Shown here one piece after another: positions 12,671 to 26,149 of a stretch of DNA of 64,000 nucleotides. Below the pieces are notes generated by a model that saw only the letters and a list, made by a program, of their open reading frames with translations, was not told the origin of the DNA and searched no databases. The position numbers were made by a program, and so were the translations under genes. This stretch comes from Felis catus. Lineage: Eukaryota. Numbering within the stretch: the first letter of the stretch is position 1; every line of letters starts with the position of its first letter. The stretch lies in NCBI RefSeq assembly GCF_018350175.1, contig NC_058368.1, forward strand, positions 128,962,001-129,026,000, written 5' to 3'.

Positions 12671-13204
12671 GTAGTTGTATAAATACCTCGTTTTTCACAA
12701 AGGATGGAGCAATTAAGAAATCATTTTAAAATTATACTCTATGTGATTGCACATGCACATTCCAGTGTGCGTAGAGGGAGAGGGAGAAAGGAAGGGAGGG
12801 AAGTTGTTTGAGGAGTTGTTTGGGACCGAAGGAAACCTTTTTGCTATCCCTGGTCTTCTTAATCAATGACTCCACTCAGTCTCTTTCAGATAGGAAATAT
12901 TTGATTTCTGTCTGGGTTTTTAGTCATCTCAAAAGGAAACAAGAGATTTTCGAACTCTTGGTTTGATGTGTCTCACCTTCACTGCCCCCCACTGTTTTTT
13001 TCAATTTAGAGATATGTTAATTTTCCTATCCTTATTTGATGTCATAGTATTTTAGCATGTTTATATTAATGATACAGTTCTATTTGCACATTTTCTTACC
13101 TTAGATTGATGTTCACAGGTACTCTCATTTTAGGTACAGGCAGTTGACCACTTCTGTGACTGTGTCATTGCTCATCACATGACCATGAGCTTAGAGGGGA
13201 TGCC

Positions 13205-13395
13205 TAACTCATCAGGAGACAAGAGTCCTCTGCTGGCTCTTGTCTTAACTACCTGTGTACCCTTAGGCAGATCACTTACTGGCTCTGGGCTTCCTTGACT
13301 CCTTATAAAATGTGAATAATTATACCTCTGTCACCTCTATCGTGAGGCTGTTTAGAGACCCACATGGAAATGAATACATGAAAGTACTTGAATTC
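13205..13395 (+). mobile_element. MIR-family relic
   Basis: tgtgtacccttaggcagatcactta...ataaaatgtgaataattatacct. Confidence 0.65.
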
Positions 13396-13443
13396 TGAAT
13401 AGTTACACAGGAGGAAAATACATTGTTATGCAGTGTTCCCGTT

Positions 13444-13503
13444 TTACCTAATTTTCTCCATTATTTACCTAATTTCTCCAATTTACTAATTTTCTCCATT
13501 ATT
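13444..13503. repeat. Three-copy tandem repeat of about 20 bp
   Basis: ttacctaattttctccatta / ttacctaatttctccaat / ttactaattttctccatta. Confidence 0.8.
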
Positions 13504-14539
13504 ATTTTCTTCTGGTTTTCTCTATTTCCCGAAAACCCTGCAATAATCATGTATTGATTTTGTAATCAGATAGGGGAAACATTGTTTCAAAAATTGCTTC
13601 ATTAACCATTAAAACATGAAGTTTTGCTATCTGCAGATTAATCTTTATTAATATTTTATTATGATTGCAAATGTTGCTTGATCTAGTGCACCTAAACAGA
13701 ATATATGTTGGTCAACAAAGTATGCCTTGGCCTTGATGTCATACGCCTCTTTTGTTTTTGACCCGATTGATTGATGAATTCTGTCTTTACATGGAACTGT
13801 AGAATAATTTTTCTGGAAATGGGAAGAGGAATGTCTAATATCAATTCAGTGATATTCATGAGTAGAATGGACAGTTTATGGGTTAGCCTAGTGACTTGGG
13901 GTTTAGTTTCAATGCTTCCCTGAATATTTACCATAGGCAGGTGGAGAATGGAAGAAGATACAAAGCATTCCATTTCAGATATGCTTCTGAATTTCTCAGG
14001 TCATATGACTATGTACTGAGATCTACCTTTCCTTCTTTTGGCAACTGGAATCAATAAAAAGAGTTGATTACCGTTTTTCTCCTGATTTAAACATTTACAA
14101 ATCAAGTGTTGAGAAAAATAGTTTCAAGTGAAAATTTGAGAGCTTACTATGAACTGACATTTTGGGTGTTTTTTTTCCCCTCCTCAATTCTATTTTTAAG
14201 TGTCTCATAAGTCTTGCCCTTGAAAGCTCTGCTGATGTGACCTATTTACCCCACTGTCTTTCTAGCTGTTCAGTGAACTTAATGGCCTTTCTGCACTTCT
14301 AATATGTTCCACAGAGATTTTTTATTTCAAAGAATATTCTTGCTTTCTTTGTGTATATGCACATGTGTAAGAGTGGACTTCATGTGTTTCTAAGAGTATT
14401 AGGATCAGCTTATAAACTTTGGACAGGCAAGCATCAGCTCTTACAATCTGTATTGCAGCCAGAATGATGTTGCCCATTTGCTCCATGTGTGGCCTCCCTT
14501 TGTGCAGAGGACTTAAGGTCGTTTGAGGGTGTGCAGGGC

Positions 14540-14892
14540 TTAGCATAATCTGGCCTGTACTCTCATCTGCCTCTTGCACATTTTCTCCCTTGCCCTTCTA
14601 TTGCCTCCAAGCTGCCCTGCTAGCTGCCTTTGCCCATGTTCTTTTTTCTGCTTGGAATGCTCTTTTTGCCTGATTCGTGCCTTAATTGTCATCTTGGCTT
14701 AGAGAAATCTGGCAAAGGTTTCTCTCCTTTGTAACCATAATCACAATTTCCCGTGTGATTTTTTTTTTATTGTCTCCCCCATTAGATTGTACGTGTGTGT
14801 CTGTATGTATGTGTACGTACTTTTGTATCCATAGTTCTTAGTAAAACCCTTTGCATGTACTCCACTCTCAGAAGTTTGTTGAATAAATGGAT
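14540..14892 (+). mobile_element. L2 3' fragment
   Basis: gcctttgcccatgttc...gcttggaatgctct...cccccattagattgt...gtttgttgaataaatg. Confidence 0.7.
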
Positions 14893-15784
14893 GCAGGAAG
14901 TAATGTTTTACTTTGAAAATATTTTCCTAACTCTCCAGGAAGAGGCACTGCTTTAACTCAGTGGTTCCATCTACCTTCCATCCCACACCTATGCCACAAA
15001 GAATGTGTTAGTTTGAAAAACAGTCCAGTTGTATGTTTGTGGCTGCTTTGGGCCACTCCCAGATTCCCCATAGGTACATTTTCATGTGTCTCTGCTATTA
15101 CAGGGACTTTTCTTAGAAGAGTTTGAGAAGCTCCTTTATCAGGGTCACTTGTGCTGGTATGTGGGTTCATATGACTGAGAAATTTACTTTGTCATGTAGC
15201 ACCTGGGAAAATCCAAACGGCCAAAGGTTTTGAGTAGATGGTAAGGCATGCGGTTAGAGCAAGAGATTCTCTTGCCCACGTGTGGGTCACTTCTTGTTTC
15301 CTTTTTTTGTCAGTTCTCTTGAACGGGCAGTTGTGTTTCATCTTGATGGGCAGGGCACTGGCTCTGGAGAGAGCTCATGTGCAGGGTCACTGTGGGCTAC
15401 ATAGCAGGTCTGCATGCAGCATTTTTTTTTTTTCTGTTTATTATTCTGTGCATTCTTGCTTGTGCTTGAACCTCTGTTTTTTCCAGTCTATTTTTTAGTC
15501 ATGTTAATCTTGGAATCTTCATGTTAGTTCAACTCAAAAGGAATAGGCTGGAATGATGCATGGAAGACCTATCAATTGCATATCTACTGCATAAAGGTAT
15601 TTTTGTCCCATTAAAGTGATCTTGGACAAAGTTGAACTTTTTTCATCACCTTGTTTGGCATGGTGGAGGTGGTCAGCTCTAATTTGAAACCTGTGTTCGT
15701 TCACTCCTCTATGTAGTTGCAGCATCAGAACATCTACCACTTTTTCGGTACTGGTTTTAGTGCTCTGCAGGCATGATCTCCAGC

Positions 15785-15945
15785 TGTCATAACAACTTTG
15801 AGAAGAAGGCATTCGCTTCATTTGTGACTGTGGAAACTGAGATATGAGATGCTAAGTCACATGTCCAGGAGTCCTCAGCCAGTCTGTGCCAGACCAGGAC
15901 ACTCAGGCCTCCTACTTCTCAAGTGGGGTCTTTTCACTGTACTAC
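15785..15945 (-). mobile_element. MIR-family relic
   Basis: tcataacaactttgagaag...ggaaactgag...aagtcacatgtccagg. Confidence 0.6.
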
Positions 15946-18344
15946 CTTCTTTTCACGTGTTGCTGCAGGCAGCTTGTCTTCCTGTATGTGCACCAAAGAA
16001 GCCATTGAGAGACCTTCTTGGTCTGTGACACCATGCAGAATTGGCTCCCTGACCTTTGAACGATGGTCCATGATTTCCGGGATCTGCTACATTTTATTTT
16101 TTAGGTTTTGATGGTAGTAATGGGTATATGACCCATAGTATCTAATTGCTTCTTGGAGCTGGTACTAAACTCCGTTGCATATGACTTTTTTCTTTGTGAG
16201 CTTTTTAAAAGAGAGTTTCATTCACAGCATTTGATGATATTAATAATTTGGCTTGAAACAGTTATGTTTTCTCTTTCTTCAGTTCCTTGGTTTTAGTGGG
16301 AGACCTGGGTGCAATGTATGTGGGGAGATACTTGAAAGAGAAGGAGGTATAACAGAAGCTGTGTGAGGCTGCTGCGGTGCAACCAGCACTGTTATGTGAA
16401 GGCAGCTCCGGGTGCTGGTGGATTGTGTTAATAGCGGAGAGATTTAGCAGTTTGCTGAAGTGCTGTGAACAGTCTCTTCTTACTAATAAATTCTAGTCTC
16501 GCTCTTAGAGCAGGCATTAAAACTTCCTTTTCCTCTTTTGTTTGGAGGGAACTCTCCTCTGTTGCAGGCTAAGAAAGGCTAGATGTGTCCTTCCAGGCAA
16601 CGTACAGGGTCTTTCCCTTTTCCCTATTCTCTCCTGTGTGTACCATGAGATTCTATAAAGGGGCATTTATAGAGGCCATTGAATCCACTAGTCTGAGATG
16701 CCAAGACCTTTATTTTTCACTTGGGAGTAGGCAGTGTAAAGGTGCACAACCTGACTGGCTAATGTAAGATAATAGTCAGGACTCTATCCTTCCTTAGAAG
16801 AGCTGGGTTGTTAAGAGTTGTCTTCTTGTGACCTTATTCCTGCAGCCACTGTACCTTCTCCTCAAAGTAGTGAACTCTGCATATGGCTTCAACTTTTATT
16901 CTATAGCTGGGCCTTTCTGCAGCAACTGCAGCTTACTATGTAGATGTGTCTCCAGTTAAAAGCTTAGTAAGTCTATATAACTTGTCATAATTTTAGCACT
17001 TTACCTTATTAAGGTATATGTTTTCATTATCTGATTTACAAAAGTACCATATAAAAACCTACCTATGCTATATAATTGCTGAAACACTGAGTAAGCTCTG
17101 CTTTTTATGACCAAGTTATGGGATGAGTAATTACTCTCTAGAGTGAATGGTTCAGAATGAAATAACTATATGCCTAAGGTGTGATGTGACACCAGATGTA
17201 TTTAAGCCCCAAAGGTATGTAATTATCTCACTACTCTTGCACATACACACAAGTACACTTATGCTTATGGTAAGTTTTATGTGCAAAAGAAAACTCACTT
17301 CTGAAAAGTGAAGGAACAGAACAGTCCGTTATTGAGAGGCTCAGAGGTTGTTTAGTGTTAGAAGTACTGTTTTAGTCCCTCCTAACAAAATCCTACCTCA
17401 CTGGATTCTACAGGAAACCAGCATCAAATTGTGGATTTCAAGTGTTGAGGCTAATGTACAGATTTTCTCAAAGCACCTTGTTTATAATTTATAGTCTGCT
17501 GCCGTGTACTCAGTGACTTGTTAAATATTCCATTGTTGGACTCTATTTTGATCATCAGGTGTGTTAATTAAAAGCATTAAAATGATGTACTCTGGTTTCT
17601 TACTGAAAATAAAAACTTACAGTCTCCTTAAATTTTTAATTTTGCATATAGGTTATCTGTCTAATCTCTTTCTATAGATCCTGAATAATTAAACATAGTA
17701 CCTCAAGCTGATTTTTCCTCTCTAGTTTTAATTCAGTGTTAAAATGCTGTTTGAATCACATTAAAAATATATTTTATCACAATTCTACTAGTCCCATTGT
17801 GTTAACTGTGCTCCTATCTAATGGTATAAAGTGATCGGGTTACATCAGTTTCCGCCAGCAAATGACCAGACACTGTATTTTGGGGATTTGGTTGGTAGTT
17901 ATGACTTAGCTCCCTGTTAAGCCTAGGAGATGAAAATTTCCTTAGCGTGGAGACCAGTGCAGGCCCATAGTGGCTGTTAGGTCTTCCCTTGGGCCAGAGA
18001 AAGGCGAATTGAGATGCTGCTGGCTTTGGGACTCACAAGTAAAATAGCAGTTGATGGTAGCTTACCTTACCTGTTTACAGTGTGATTCTCTTGGGAAGTT
18101 TTTTTTTTTTTTTTAAATACAGTATTTAAAAACTATTTCTGTTTCGCGGGAGGCAAATGTTTGCTTAGTTTTGAAACAACAATACAAAACATTTACAGCT
18201 TTAAATTCTTAAAAATGCAATTTACAGGTAACTTGTGAAAAATAAAATTCACATGCTATGCTAACATCAGTATGTTGGGACACAACCACTGTATCAAGCA
18301 TCAGTCTATTCAATGAAGAGAAGTGAATTTCACTTTGTTTATAT

Positions 18345-18625
18345 GTGTGCCCTCTGATGGGTAGCTGCTAGCCACATGTGTGACTACATTTGGAATGCAC
18401 GGAGGTGTGCTGGAAGTGTGTAAGGCAGGCACCAGATTTTGAAGGCAGCGCAGTTAAAGGAAGCATGTGAAATATATTGTCAATAATTTGTTGAAATGGT
18501 GATCTTTTGGGTATTTGAGTTCAATAATATATATTAATTTCATCTGTTTGTTTTTACCTTTTTTAGTGTGGCTACTAGAAAACTCAAAATTACATATGCA
18601 ACTCACATTTTTCTTTTAGTGCTGG
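18345..18625. mobile_element. MER33/MER3-like hAT-Charlie relic
   Basis: gtagctgctagccacatgtg...caccagattttgaag...gtggctactagaaaactcaaaattacatatg. Confidence 0.7.
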
Positions 18626-19052
18626 TTTCTGGACCCTGTGGTCTCATAAGTTCTTTCTGCTTAGGTATACATTTTAGCTGTGATTTGGTTATATAATTTG
18701 ATTATAACTTTTTGCCAACCATAAATTTGAGTATCTTGTAGTGATTCTTAAACCATGGTTCCAAGACACTGTTCTTGAATTGCTCTTTGTGGATTATTTA
18801 GGACTGTTTTTCAGTCTTAAGTTTCTAAGGTAGAAGAACCATCTGCCAATTGATTATTTTGTAGATTTGAAACTTCATTGGCTAAGTTATTTCCAATAAT
18901 TTAAGAATCTAAATCCATTTTATCTTCTTAGAAGAGCTCAGTGGATTGGTTATGATATTTAAAATTGAGATTTTATTTCTAGGTAAGGTATACATTGAGA
19001 GCTAAAATTATATTTACTTTCAAAAATAGTTCCTTAGAAACCTATAGGCCTT

Positions 19053-19258
19053 GGGGTGCCTGGGTGGCTCAGTCGGTTAAGCATCCAACTTTGTCTCGGT
19101 CATGATACCGCGATCCATGAGTTTGAGCCCCATGTGGGGCTCTGTGCTGACAGCTCAGAGTCTGGAGGCTTCAGATTGGTGTGTGTGTCTCTCTCTGCTC
19201 CTCTCCTGTTCACTCTCTCTCTCAAAAATAAATAAACATAAAAAAATTATTAAAAAAA
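19053..19258 (+). mobile_element. SINEC
   Basis: ggggtgcctgggtggctcagtcggttaag head; A tail; TSD-like aaacctat(a/t)ggc. Confidence 0.95.
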
Positions 19259-19462
19259 CCTATTGGCTATAAAAAATTTAAAAATAAACCTGTTGGCTTT
19301 GTAATAATGTAAGGAAACTGCCTTAAAAGGTTTAATTTTGCATATGAAGACAGAAGGATGGGGTTTCCTTGCGTTTCAGAGTGTTTTTTGGATTTTATTG
19401 TCTAGTGAAAAAAAAAAGGGAGGGGGGACAGACCAACATAAGATGGCCAGTTCTTTGTTTTG

Positions 19463-19645
19463 TAGTAGTTTTCATAGTGTGGTCCCTGGTTTAGTAGCAT
19501 CAGCATCAACTGGAAATTTCTTGGAAATGCACATTCTTCTCTTTCACTCCAGATGTACAGACTGGGAAACGCTGGAGGTGGGGACCAGAATCTGGGTTTT
19601 AATATGCCCTCCAGGTGATTTTTATACATCCAGAAGCACCGGCTA
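19463..19645. mobile_element. MER5A hAT-Charlie MITE
   Basis: agtgtggtccctgg...agcatcagcatcaactgg...ttggaaatgcacattct...gccctccaggtgatt. Confidence 0.85.
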
Positions 19646-19649
19646 AACG

Positions 19650-20140
19650 TACTGGTTAGGGTCCAGCCAGGAAAAGTTTTTAAAAGTTTTCTAAATTTTT
19701 AAAATAGGAATTCAGTGCAGGAAATTGGTTATACAACCTCCTGCTTGTGATGGACGAGCTGAGAAGCAAGATAGGATGGTCAGGCAACCCAGAGATTAAC
19801 AGCCCCAAGAAGAGAATAGTATCACTGGTAGTTATGGGAGTTTAAGGAGCCAGGGCTGCTCTGAGATTGGAATCTCCTGGTAGGAGCTGGTAGGAGCTGG
19901 AGCCGTGGAAGAAATGCAGCTCTTGCTGGGAACACTGCCTGAAGTGGAGAAGTAAAAGGGAGAAATACCCTGGCTCCTCCCTTATTTCCACCTGTCAGTT
20001 CTCCAGGAATGCTTCCCATAGACTGAACCTGGAGAAAAGCCAGGTGACCTGGGAGCCTGAGAAATGATGTCTATAGTGATCAACTTTCCTGAGCTAAGGA
20101 ACTCTCAAAGTATATATCTGTGGGAATAGGCCTAGGACTG
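19650..20140. mobile_element. Ancient MaLR (MLT1-type) solo LTR
   Basis: ttagggtccagccaggaaa...gcaggaaattggtta start; cttcccatagactgaacc...aagccaggtgacctgggagcctgagaaatg end. The start matches that of the 23088 element. Confidence 0.55.
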
Positions 20141-20196
20141 GCACGTTTAGTATTTATACTTTAAAACAAAACAATATTTTGATATAATTAAAAAAA

Positions 20197-20304
20197 ATTT
20201 TTTTTTGAGAGAGAGGGGAGGGCACAAGTGAGTGAGGGGACAGAGAGAGATGGAGAGAGAGAAAAATCCCACGAGGTGGGGGGGGAGAGGGAGAGAGAGA
20301 TTGG

Positions 20305-20364
<60 letters not shown>

Positions 20365-20476
20365 CAGGGCTCACCTGAAGCAGGGCTGGTGCTCACCCGA
20401 TGTGGGACTTGAACTCATCAACTGTGAGATCATCACCTGAGCCGAAGTCAGATGCTTAATTGAGTCACCCCTGTGC
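20197..20476 (-). mobile_element. SINEC with an expanded (GA)n tract (about 20307-20362)
   Basis: Reverse SINE motifs; long GA microsatellite. Confidence 0.9.
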
Positions 20477-20565
20477 CAATAATTAAAAAAATTTTAAGGC
20501 ATTTTAATACCAAAAAATAATCTCACAATAGAGGACAATCTTAATTGGGATAAATTTAGCTTTAT

Positions 20566-20792
20566 TTTTTTATTTTTATTTTAAAAAAATTTTTAATGTT
20601 TACTTTCGAGAGAGACAGAATGTGAGTGGGGGAGGAGCAGAGAAAGGAAGACACAGAATCCAAAGCAGGCTCCAGGCTCCAGGCTCCGGGCTGTCAGCAC
20701 AGAGCCTGATGTGGGGCTCGAACTCATGAACTGTGAGATCATGACCTGAGCCTAAGTTGGACACTTAACCAACTGAGCCACCCAGGCACCCC
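20566..20792 (-). mobile_element. SINEC with perfect TSD
   Basis: TSD taaatttagctttat at 20551 and 20793. Confidence 0.95.
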
Positions 20793-21753
20793 TAAATTTA
20801 GCTTTATGAACACAAACATATCCTTTTATAATTTTATTGATGGCCAGGGAAGTGTTTTCAGGGACCAGCATCTGTAAGTGTGGGAAACATTGCCATATAC
20901 CTTTGAAAGACTTATTTTGCCCCTACTCTAGAACTTATTTTAATCCTCTTCTTATTTGAAGGGCTACAAAGCTGTCCTTGATTGTTAGCACTGTTGTGTG
21001 GCAAATGTGGGAAATTTGTTTCATCAGTTTCTCTGCCAGCTGTCCTGGAATATCCTGGATGTTTTTCTTTTCATATTTCCCTTTTTCATTTGTTTCTTAG
21101 AGTGTAGTTCTTCCTTTGTGTTATGTCCTCTTTGCCTGCAGTATTTACATTTCTCGCCTTGAATTTTCCAGCCTTCTCTCTTCTCCTTTTTTCTTTTGCT
21201 GTTTCAGCTTTGATTAAACTGTAGTTGATAGGAAAAGGGTAATTGCAATGATAGGCCTATAACAAGGAAAATGCAAGTTTCAGATTTTCAAAGTAAAGTT
21301 AGAAATTGTGTCTTGAACCTTTTAAGCCCTTGAAAGGATCCTGAAGATGCCCTCAGAATCCATGCAGAAAGTCATGCATTTCCTTATCCTTCTAAATGAA
21401 TGTGTTTTTTCTTCCCAGACAGCAGTATTTAACTAATATTTGAAACAGTATTGTTTTATACTGTTTATAACAAATGGAAGCTAAGAAGCTAACCACAGTT
21501 TCCCTCCTTGAGGGGGACTGTGTTCTGAATTCCAATAGACTGTTTTAGATAGAATCCAATTATGTGTTTAATGGTCCAAAATCAAATCTAATATTTCTGA
21601 ATGCAAATGAGTCTAGAATATCTGTTTTTCTTATATTTGAAAGATCTGTGCTTTCTCTTCACTGACTTTCTTATATACACATTTCGTAAGTTAAGAAAAA
21701 AAGTTGTAGGTTAAGTAAGGAATGGGTATAGTTTTCATTTAACTTCTAAGTTT

Positions 21754-21782
21754 AAAATTTTTTAAATGTTTATTCATTTTTT

Positions 21783-21813
<31 letters not shown>

Positions 21814-21955
21814 CAGCGGGCGGGGAAGGTGCAGAGAGAGAGGGAGACAAAGAATCCGAAGCAGGCTCCAGGCTCTGAGCTGTCAGCACAGAGCCTGACA
21901 TGGGGCTTGAACTCATGAAGTTGGACGCTTAACCCACTGAGCCACCCAGGCCCCC
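21754..21955 (-). mobile_element. SINEC with internal deletion and TSD
   Basis: TSD ttaacttctaagttt at 21739 and 21956. Confidence 0.95.
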
Positions 21956-22087
21956 TTAACTTCTAAGTTTTTATAATAGTGAATGCTTCCAATTAAGGCA
22001 TTGAAATGGGGGAGTTATATTTCATGAGGTCTGGTGGAAGACCAGAGCTGTTTTGTGTGAAAGGTGCTGAGTGGGATGTTTCTGGAG

Positions 22088-22268
22088 CAGTACTTCCAAT
22101 CTCTTTTACTTCAGAACACACTGAAAGTAATACTTTGTACAGGACACGGGGATAGGAGGTTTTAAACTACAGACAAGCTGCCACTGGACTGGTAGCCCCA
22201 GATGGCTGCCCCAAGAGGTGAGGTATCAGTATCTTACAACTTTCAGCTCTCATATTGGGAAGTTCTGC
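22088..22268. mobile_element. MER112-like hAT-Charlie relic
   Basis: Inverted ends cagtacttccaa...ttgggaagttctg; internal tttgtacaggacac, gctgccccaagaggtgagg. Confidence 0.55.
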
Positions 22269-22299
22269 TCTATAGAGGGCATTCAGGAGGTCCTAGTCT

Positions 22300-22990
22300 T
22301 GTGAAGAGCTCAATATTTACAAGTTATAACGCAAACATATAGTGTTAAGTTATGATAGTATTATTTGGTGAAATAGTAAGAATGGGCGTTAGATCTGTTT
22401 GAGGTGGAAAGGATCTAGTAAAGGCTCTGTAGAGGGGGTGGGGCATGGAAGGAATTATCTTGTGCAAAGGTAGAGTGGGAGCAAAGGGCAGAGGGAACTT
22501 GGGGACTGCCAAGGATTTCTGATGTGGTTGGAGGGTAAGATTTGGGGATGCAAATAGGAAGCAGGATAGTGGGAATTACTGTTAAGAAAGTAGGCTGTGG
22601 TTGGCTTCAGGAGGGCCTTTATGAGATTGAATGAGCTCATGACTTTGGGCAACACTGGTGGTGACACTTCCCCTATTCCTTTTAGGAAAATCCTTCTGGG
22701 GCAGTGTAGAGTGAACTGAAGCCTGCAAGCTGATACATCCCTGGGGAGGGAAAGACATTGATCCAGGCTAGATGAGGGATAATAAAGGCTTGCACTTTAT
22801 TATTGGTGAATAGAGGTTGAAAGTGCTTCTTGAAGTGGGAACCCAAAATTCTGCTTATTGATAAGGAGAAAGGTGACTCACATTTGGAGTCTGGTTGAAG
22901 GAAAGGATGACTCAAGACTATTTTCAGAATTAGAGTCTTGTATAGGGGACAAGGAACTTGATTTTGGACATGGGGATTTTAAGATACTTG
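22300..22990 (-). mobile_element. Degenerate L2 fragment
   Basis: Purine-rich reverse L2 motifs: atccttctggggcagtgtagag, atccaggctagatgag, gattttggacatg. Confidence 0.5.
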
Positions 22991-23004
22991 CAGAGAAATA
23001 AGTG

Positions 23005-23785
23005 TTAACGTTTATAAAATGCTAGGTTCTGATCTAAGCACATTTTAAAACTCCTTCTATTCTCATAATAGCCATAAAAAAGTACGTGTTATCAGTTAGT
23101 GTCCAGTCAGGAAAATAAAACGCACGGAATGTTTTAAGCACCGAAGGGTTTAATGCAGGAAATTGGTTACAGTGGTATTGGAAGAGCTGGAGGAACAAAA
23201 AGAAAAAGGTGTGTGTTGGAGCAAAAAGGAGAAGGGAACAAAGAGGAGGAGAAAGGAGAGGAGGAGAGAGTAAGTGTGTGTGTGTGTGTGTGTGTAGATG
23301 AATGTTGGAGGAACAAAAAGGAGAAGGAAATGTTAATCAGTTGTCAGACAGCTGCTGCATAAACTGTATGCTCTACAGATTTGCTGGAGATCTTCATTGG
23401 TTCTGCTGCTTTGGAACCCTCACAGATGCTGCTGGAGCCTCTGGCTGTCTGTTGCTGCTTGTGGAGGTACCACCAGGAACAGGAAACAAAGACATTTTTC
23501 TTGCTCTCACCTTGGAATCTCCTGCCACCATATCCAAGAGGAAGGTAGTTGGTAAAGGGAGTTTGGAAAATACAGTTTATAGATTTCCAGCTCCTATGTA
23601 ATAATAGAGAAGAGAAGAGAACCAACAGAAAAATAACCAGCACAGTGGGTACTGTTTTTATCCTTATGTTACAGGTGTGGAGACCAAGTCATGGGAGAAG
23701 GTCACACAGATACAGCTTGGCAGAGTTGAGATGTGGATGTAGGTAGTCTGGTTTCAGAGTGTGTGCTCTTAGCCTCTGCACTTTG
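23005..23785 (-). mobile_element. MIR split by an LTR insertion
   Basis: Left half: ctaagcacattt...ttctcataatagccat. Right half from about 23646: gggtactgtttttatcc...ttacaggtgtggagacc...gtagtctggtttcagagtgtgtgctctta. Confidence 0.55.
23088..23643. mobile_element. Ancient MaLR (MLT1-type) LTR inside a MIR
   Basis: tgttatcagttagtgtccagtcaggaaaa...tttaatgcaggaaattggttaca; ends in ...cagcaca. Confidence 0.55.
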
Positions 23786-24377
23786 ATCTTGCCTCCACAC
23801 ATGGTTATTATTTGCTTTTTCTCCTTATTGCTGAGCACTTCAAATGAGCAGCTGTTTCCATTGATTTTGCTTATCCTGCACTTACTTTTCTTTGATATCT
23901 CTTACTGGCAACAGTTTTTCACCTCAACCTCTGGAACCTGTCTTCTGGCCCCTATTGATTTTATAGCTAATATAATCGGTTATTTCAGTTTCTATTTGTC
24001 TTTAATCTATTTCTGACTTTTGATACGGATGGATACTTATTTATATGGGATTCCAACCTTGATTTCTATGATGCTGACTTTGACTTGCTTCATTTTCCCC
24101 TTATCTCACTGAGGCCCTTTGGTTTTCTTCTTTTTCTTCCCATTCCTTAAACCATTGCCATATCTTGCCTTGAGTTTGGATTCTAGTGTATTATAAGAAG
24201 CTACTTAATGTTAATTTTATATTTAAATCAGGACCAATAAAATCTTCATGTATACAGTACTTATGACCTTTTTCCTTTGTGTGTTATGAAGTCAGACAAG
24301 TCAGAGCAGGGTTTCAATTTGTGTTCTGCCCTGGGCAAGGAGGAAGAGAGTAGGATGACTGAAGGAGACAGACTCAC

Positions 24378-24575
24378 TCTGAGTAACTACTATGTACCAG
24401 CACTGTGCTAAGTGCTTCAGATGTGTTGCTTCATTTAAGTTCTCCTGTGTGAGATTGCTTGTTTGTTACCCTTATTTACAGATGAAGAAACTAACTCTTT
24501 GTGATGAACCAGTAATAGAACTGGGGTTGAAACCCTCATCTGATGTGCTCTGACAGCCAGATTCTTTCCTCTGGA
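24378..24575 (-). mobile_element. MIR
   Basis: tactatgtaccagcactgtgctaagtgctt...tttacagatgaagaaacta. Confidence 0.8.
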
Positions 24576-25272
24576 CCACCTGGGAGAAGCTCCCACTTTC
24601 TTATCTGTTAAGTGAAGAAACTGGGCAAGATCAGTTTTAAGGCCCATTTCAGTATCATCGTTCTGATTTTGTCACAAACTAGTGTCGCAAGCAGTAGTTG
24701 CTTCTCGTATTGAAAAAGGAAGTTGCCTTCCCACTCCATGAAACATCCTGTTTTATAAAGATCAAGAGTACTGATGTGTTATTTGTAAAAGTTATGAAGT
24801 AGGGCACAGGCATTTAAAGTAGTCATGATGATAGATCTTCATGTAAGTTGCAAGAGAGCCCCATTACCTCCAAATGAGGCTGCTGCCTAGAACATTAGAG
24901 GCTGTGGCTTTTATTGACAGGTGCTCAGAATAATAGCTTTGGAACAACTCCAGTCTAAACAAAAGGGCAATCCAGTTATTCCATTATACTTTATGCTGAA
25001 AGCATGTGCTTCCAGATTATTAAGAATCCCTTTCTTTGGATGGAATTTAGTGTGAGATTTGCAAGAAGATAGTGCAAAATACATTTTAAAGATAAGGTTC
25101 ACTGTAATATGGTTTGATTTCTTTATAAAGCCAGTGGACAACCCTAAAATGGTTAACTGTCATGTGGTTCATCCATGTCTTGCCATCAGACATGCAAATA
25201 GATGGTTTAAGTGGATACCAACATCCTCTCTTGATATAAAGGACCCATTATAAAATACTCATCTAAGTATTC

Positions 25273-25274
<2 letters not shown>

Positions 25275-25324
<50 letters not shown>
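25275..25324. repeat. Perfect (AC)n microsatellite, about 25 units
   Basis: Read directly from the sequence. Confidence 0.95.
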
Positions 25325-25325
<1 letters not shown>

Positions 25326-25344
25326 ATTAGGATAAGTGCGTTTC

Positions 25345-25572
25345 GGAGCACCTGGGTGACTCATTCTGTTAAGCGTCTGACTTTTGATTTCAGCTCAGGT
25401 CATGCCTGATCTCATGGTTTGTGAGTTCGACCCCTGTGTCGAACCACGCTTCGGGCCCACACTGACAATGCAGAGCCTGCTTGTGATTCTCTCTCTCTTC
25501 TCTCTGTCTGTGCCTCCCTATCTTCCTCCCTCCTCCTCTCTCTCAAAATAAATAAATAAGCTGAAAAAAAAA
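25345..25572 (+). mobile_element. SINEC
   Basis: ggagcacctgggtgactca head; aaaataaataaataagc and A tail. Confidence 0.92.
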
Positions 25573-25998
25573 GAGTATGTTTCCAGATTCCATAGAATTT
25601 GTTTTATCTTCTTTACTCATAAACATCCTCCAGCCCTCCCTCATTCATGTTTTATTTTGTAAAAATGGGAAATTGAAAGGTTTATACCTCTGTTTTTAAC
25701 TTTTAGTTTTATTGACTTTGCCTGCTTTAGAGGAAGCCTACAGGGGAATCTCGGCTCCCTGGCCACTCCTTCCTTTGGTTTAGGTGGTTGGTTCTTCCTT
25801 TAGCAAACCTCTAACTATATGTGTCCCCGGCACCTGGGTTATTTTCTCCTACCTAGGTGATCCCAGTCACCCCCAAATTCTTCTATGCTACCAAGTGATG
25901 ATTACTACCCAATTTTGGTTTCCAGGTCTGACTGCTCTCCTGGTTGCTTATTTACTTCTTACCTCTATTTAGATTTGGTGGGAATTTCATGCCATACA

Positions 25999-26144
25999 TT
26001 GGAATGTAACATTTTATCGATTATATCAATGAACTTAACTATTTTATTTCTTTATTAAAAATTTTTTTTAATGTTTATTTTTGAGACAGAGAGAGACTGA
26101 GTGTGAGTGAGGGAGGGGCAGAGAGAGAGGGAGACATAGAATCC
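25999..26144 (+). repeat. 146-bp dispersed direct duplicate of 28433-28581 (unique flank plus SINE 3' part)
   Basis: Near-identical ttggaatgtaaca...ttatcgattatatcaatga...gagacatagaatcc in both places. Confidence 0.9.
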
Positions 26145-26149
26145 ATAAG

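Noticed and set aside
16283..16315. 33-nt in-frame exon candidate (ctctttcttcag...AAT|gtatgt)
   Set aside because: The donor is mediocre and the peptide unrecognised; such matches are expected by chance in T-rich introns.
23205..23330. Triplicated ggaggaacaaaaaggagaagg-like unit around a (GT)n tract
   Set aside because: Local slippage within an old LTR.
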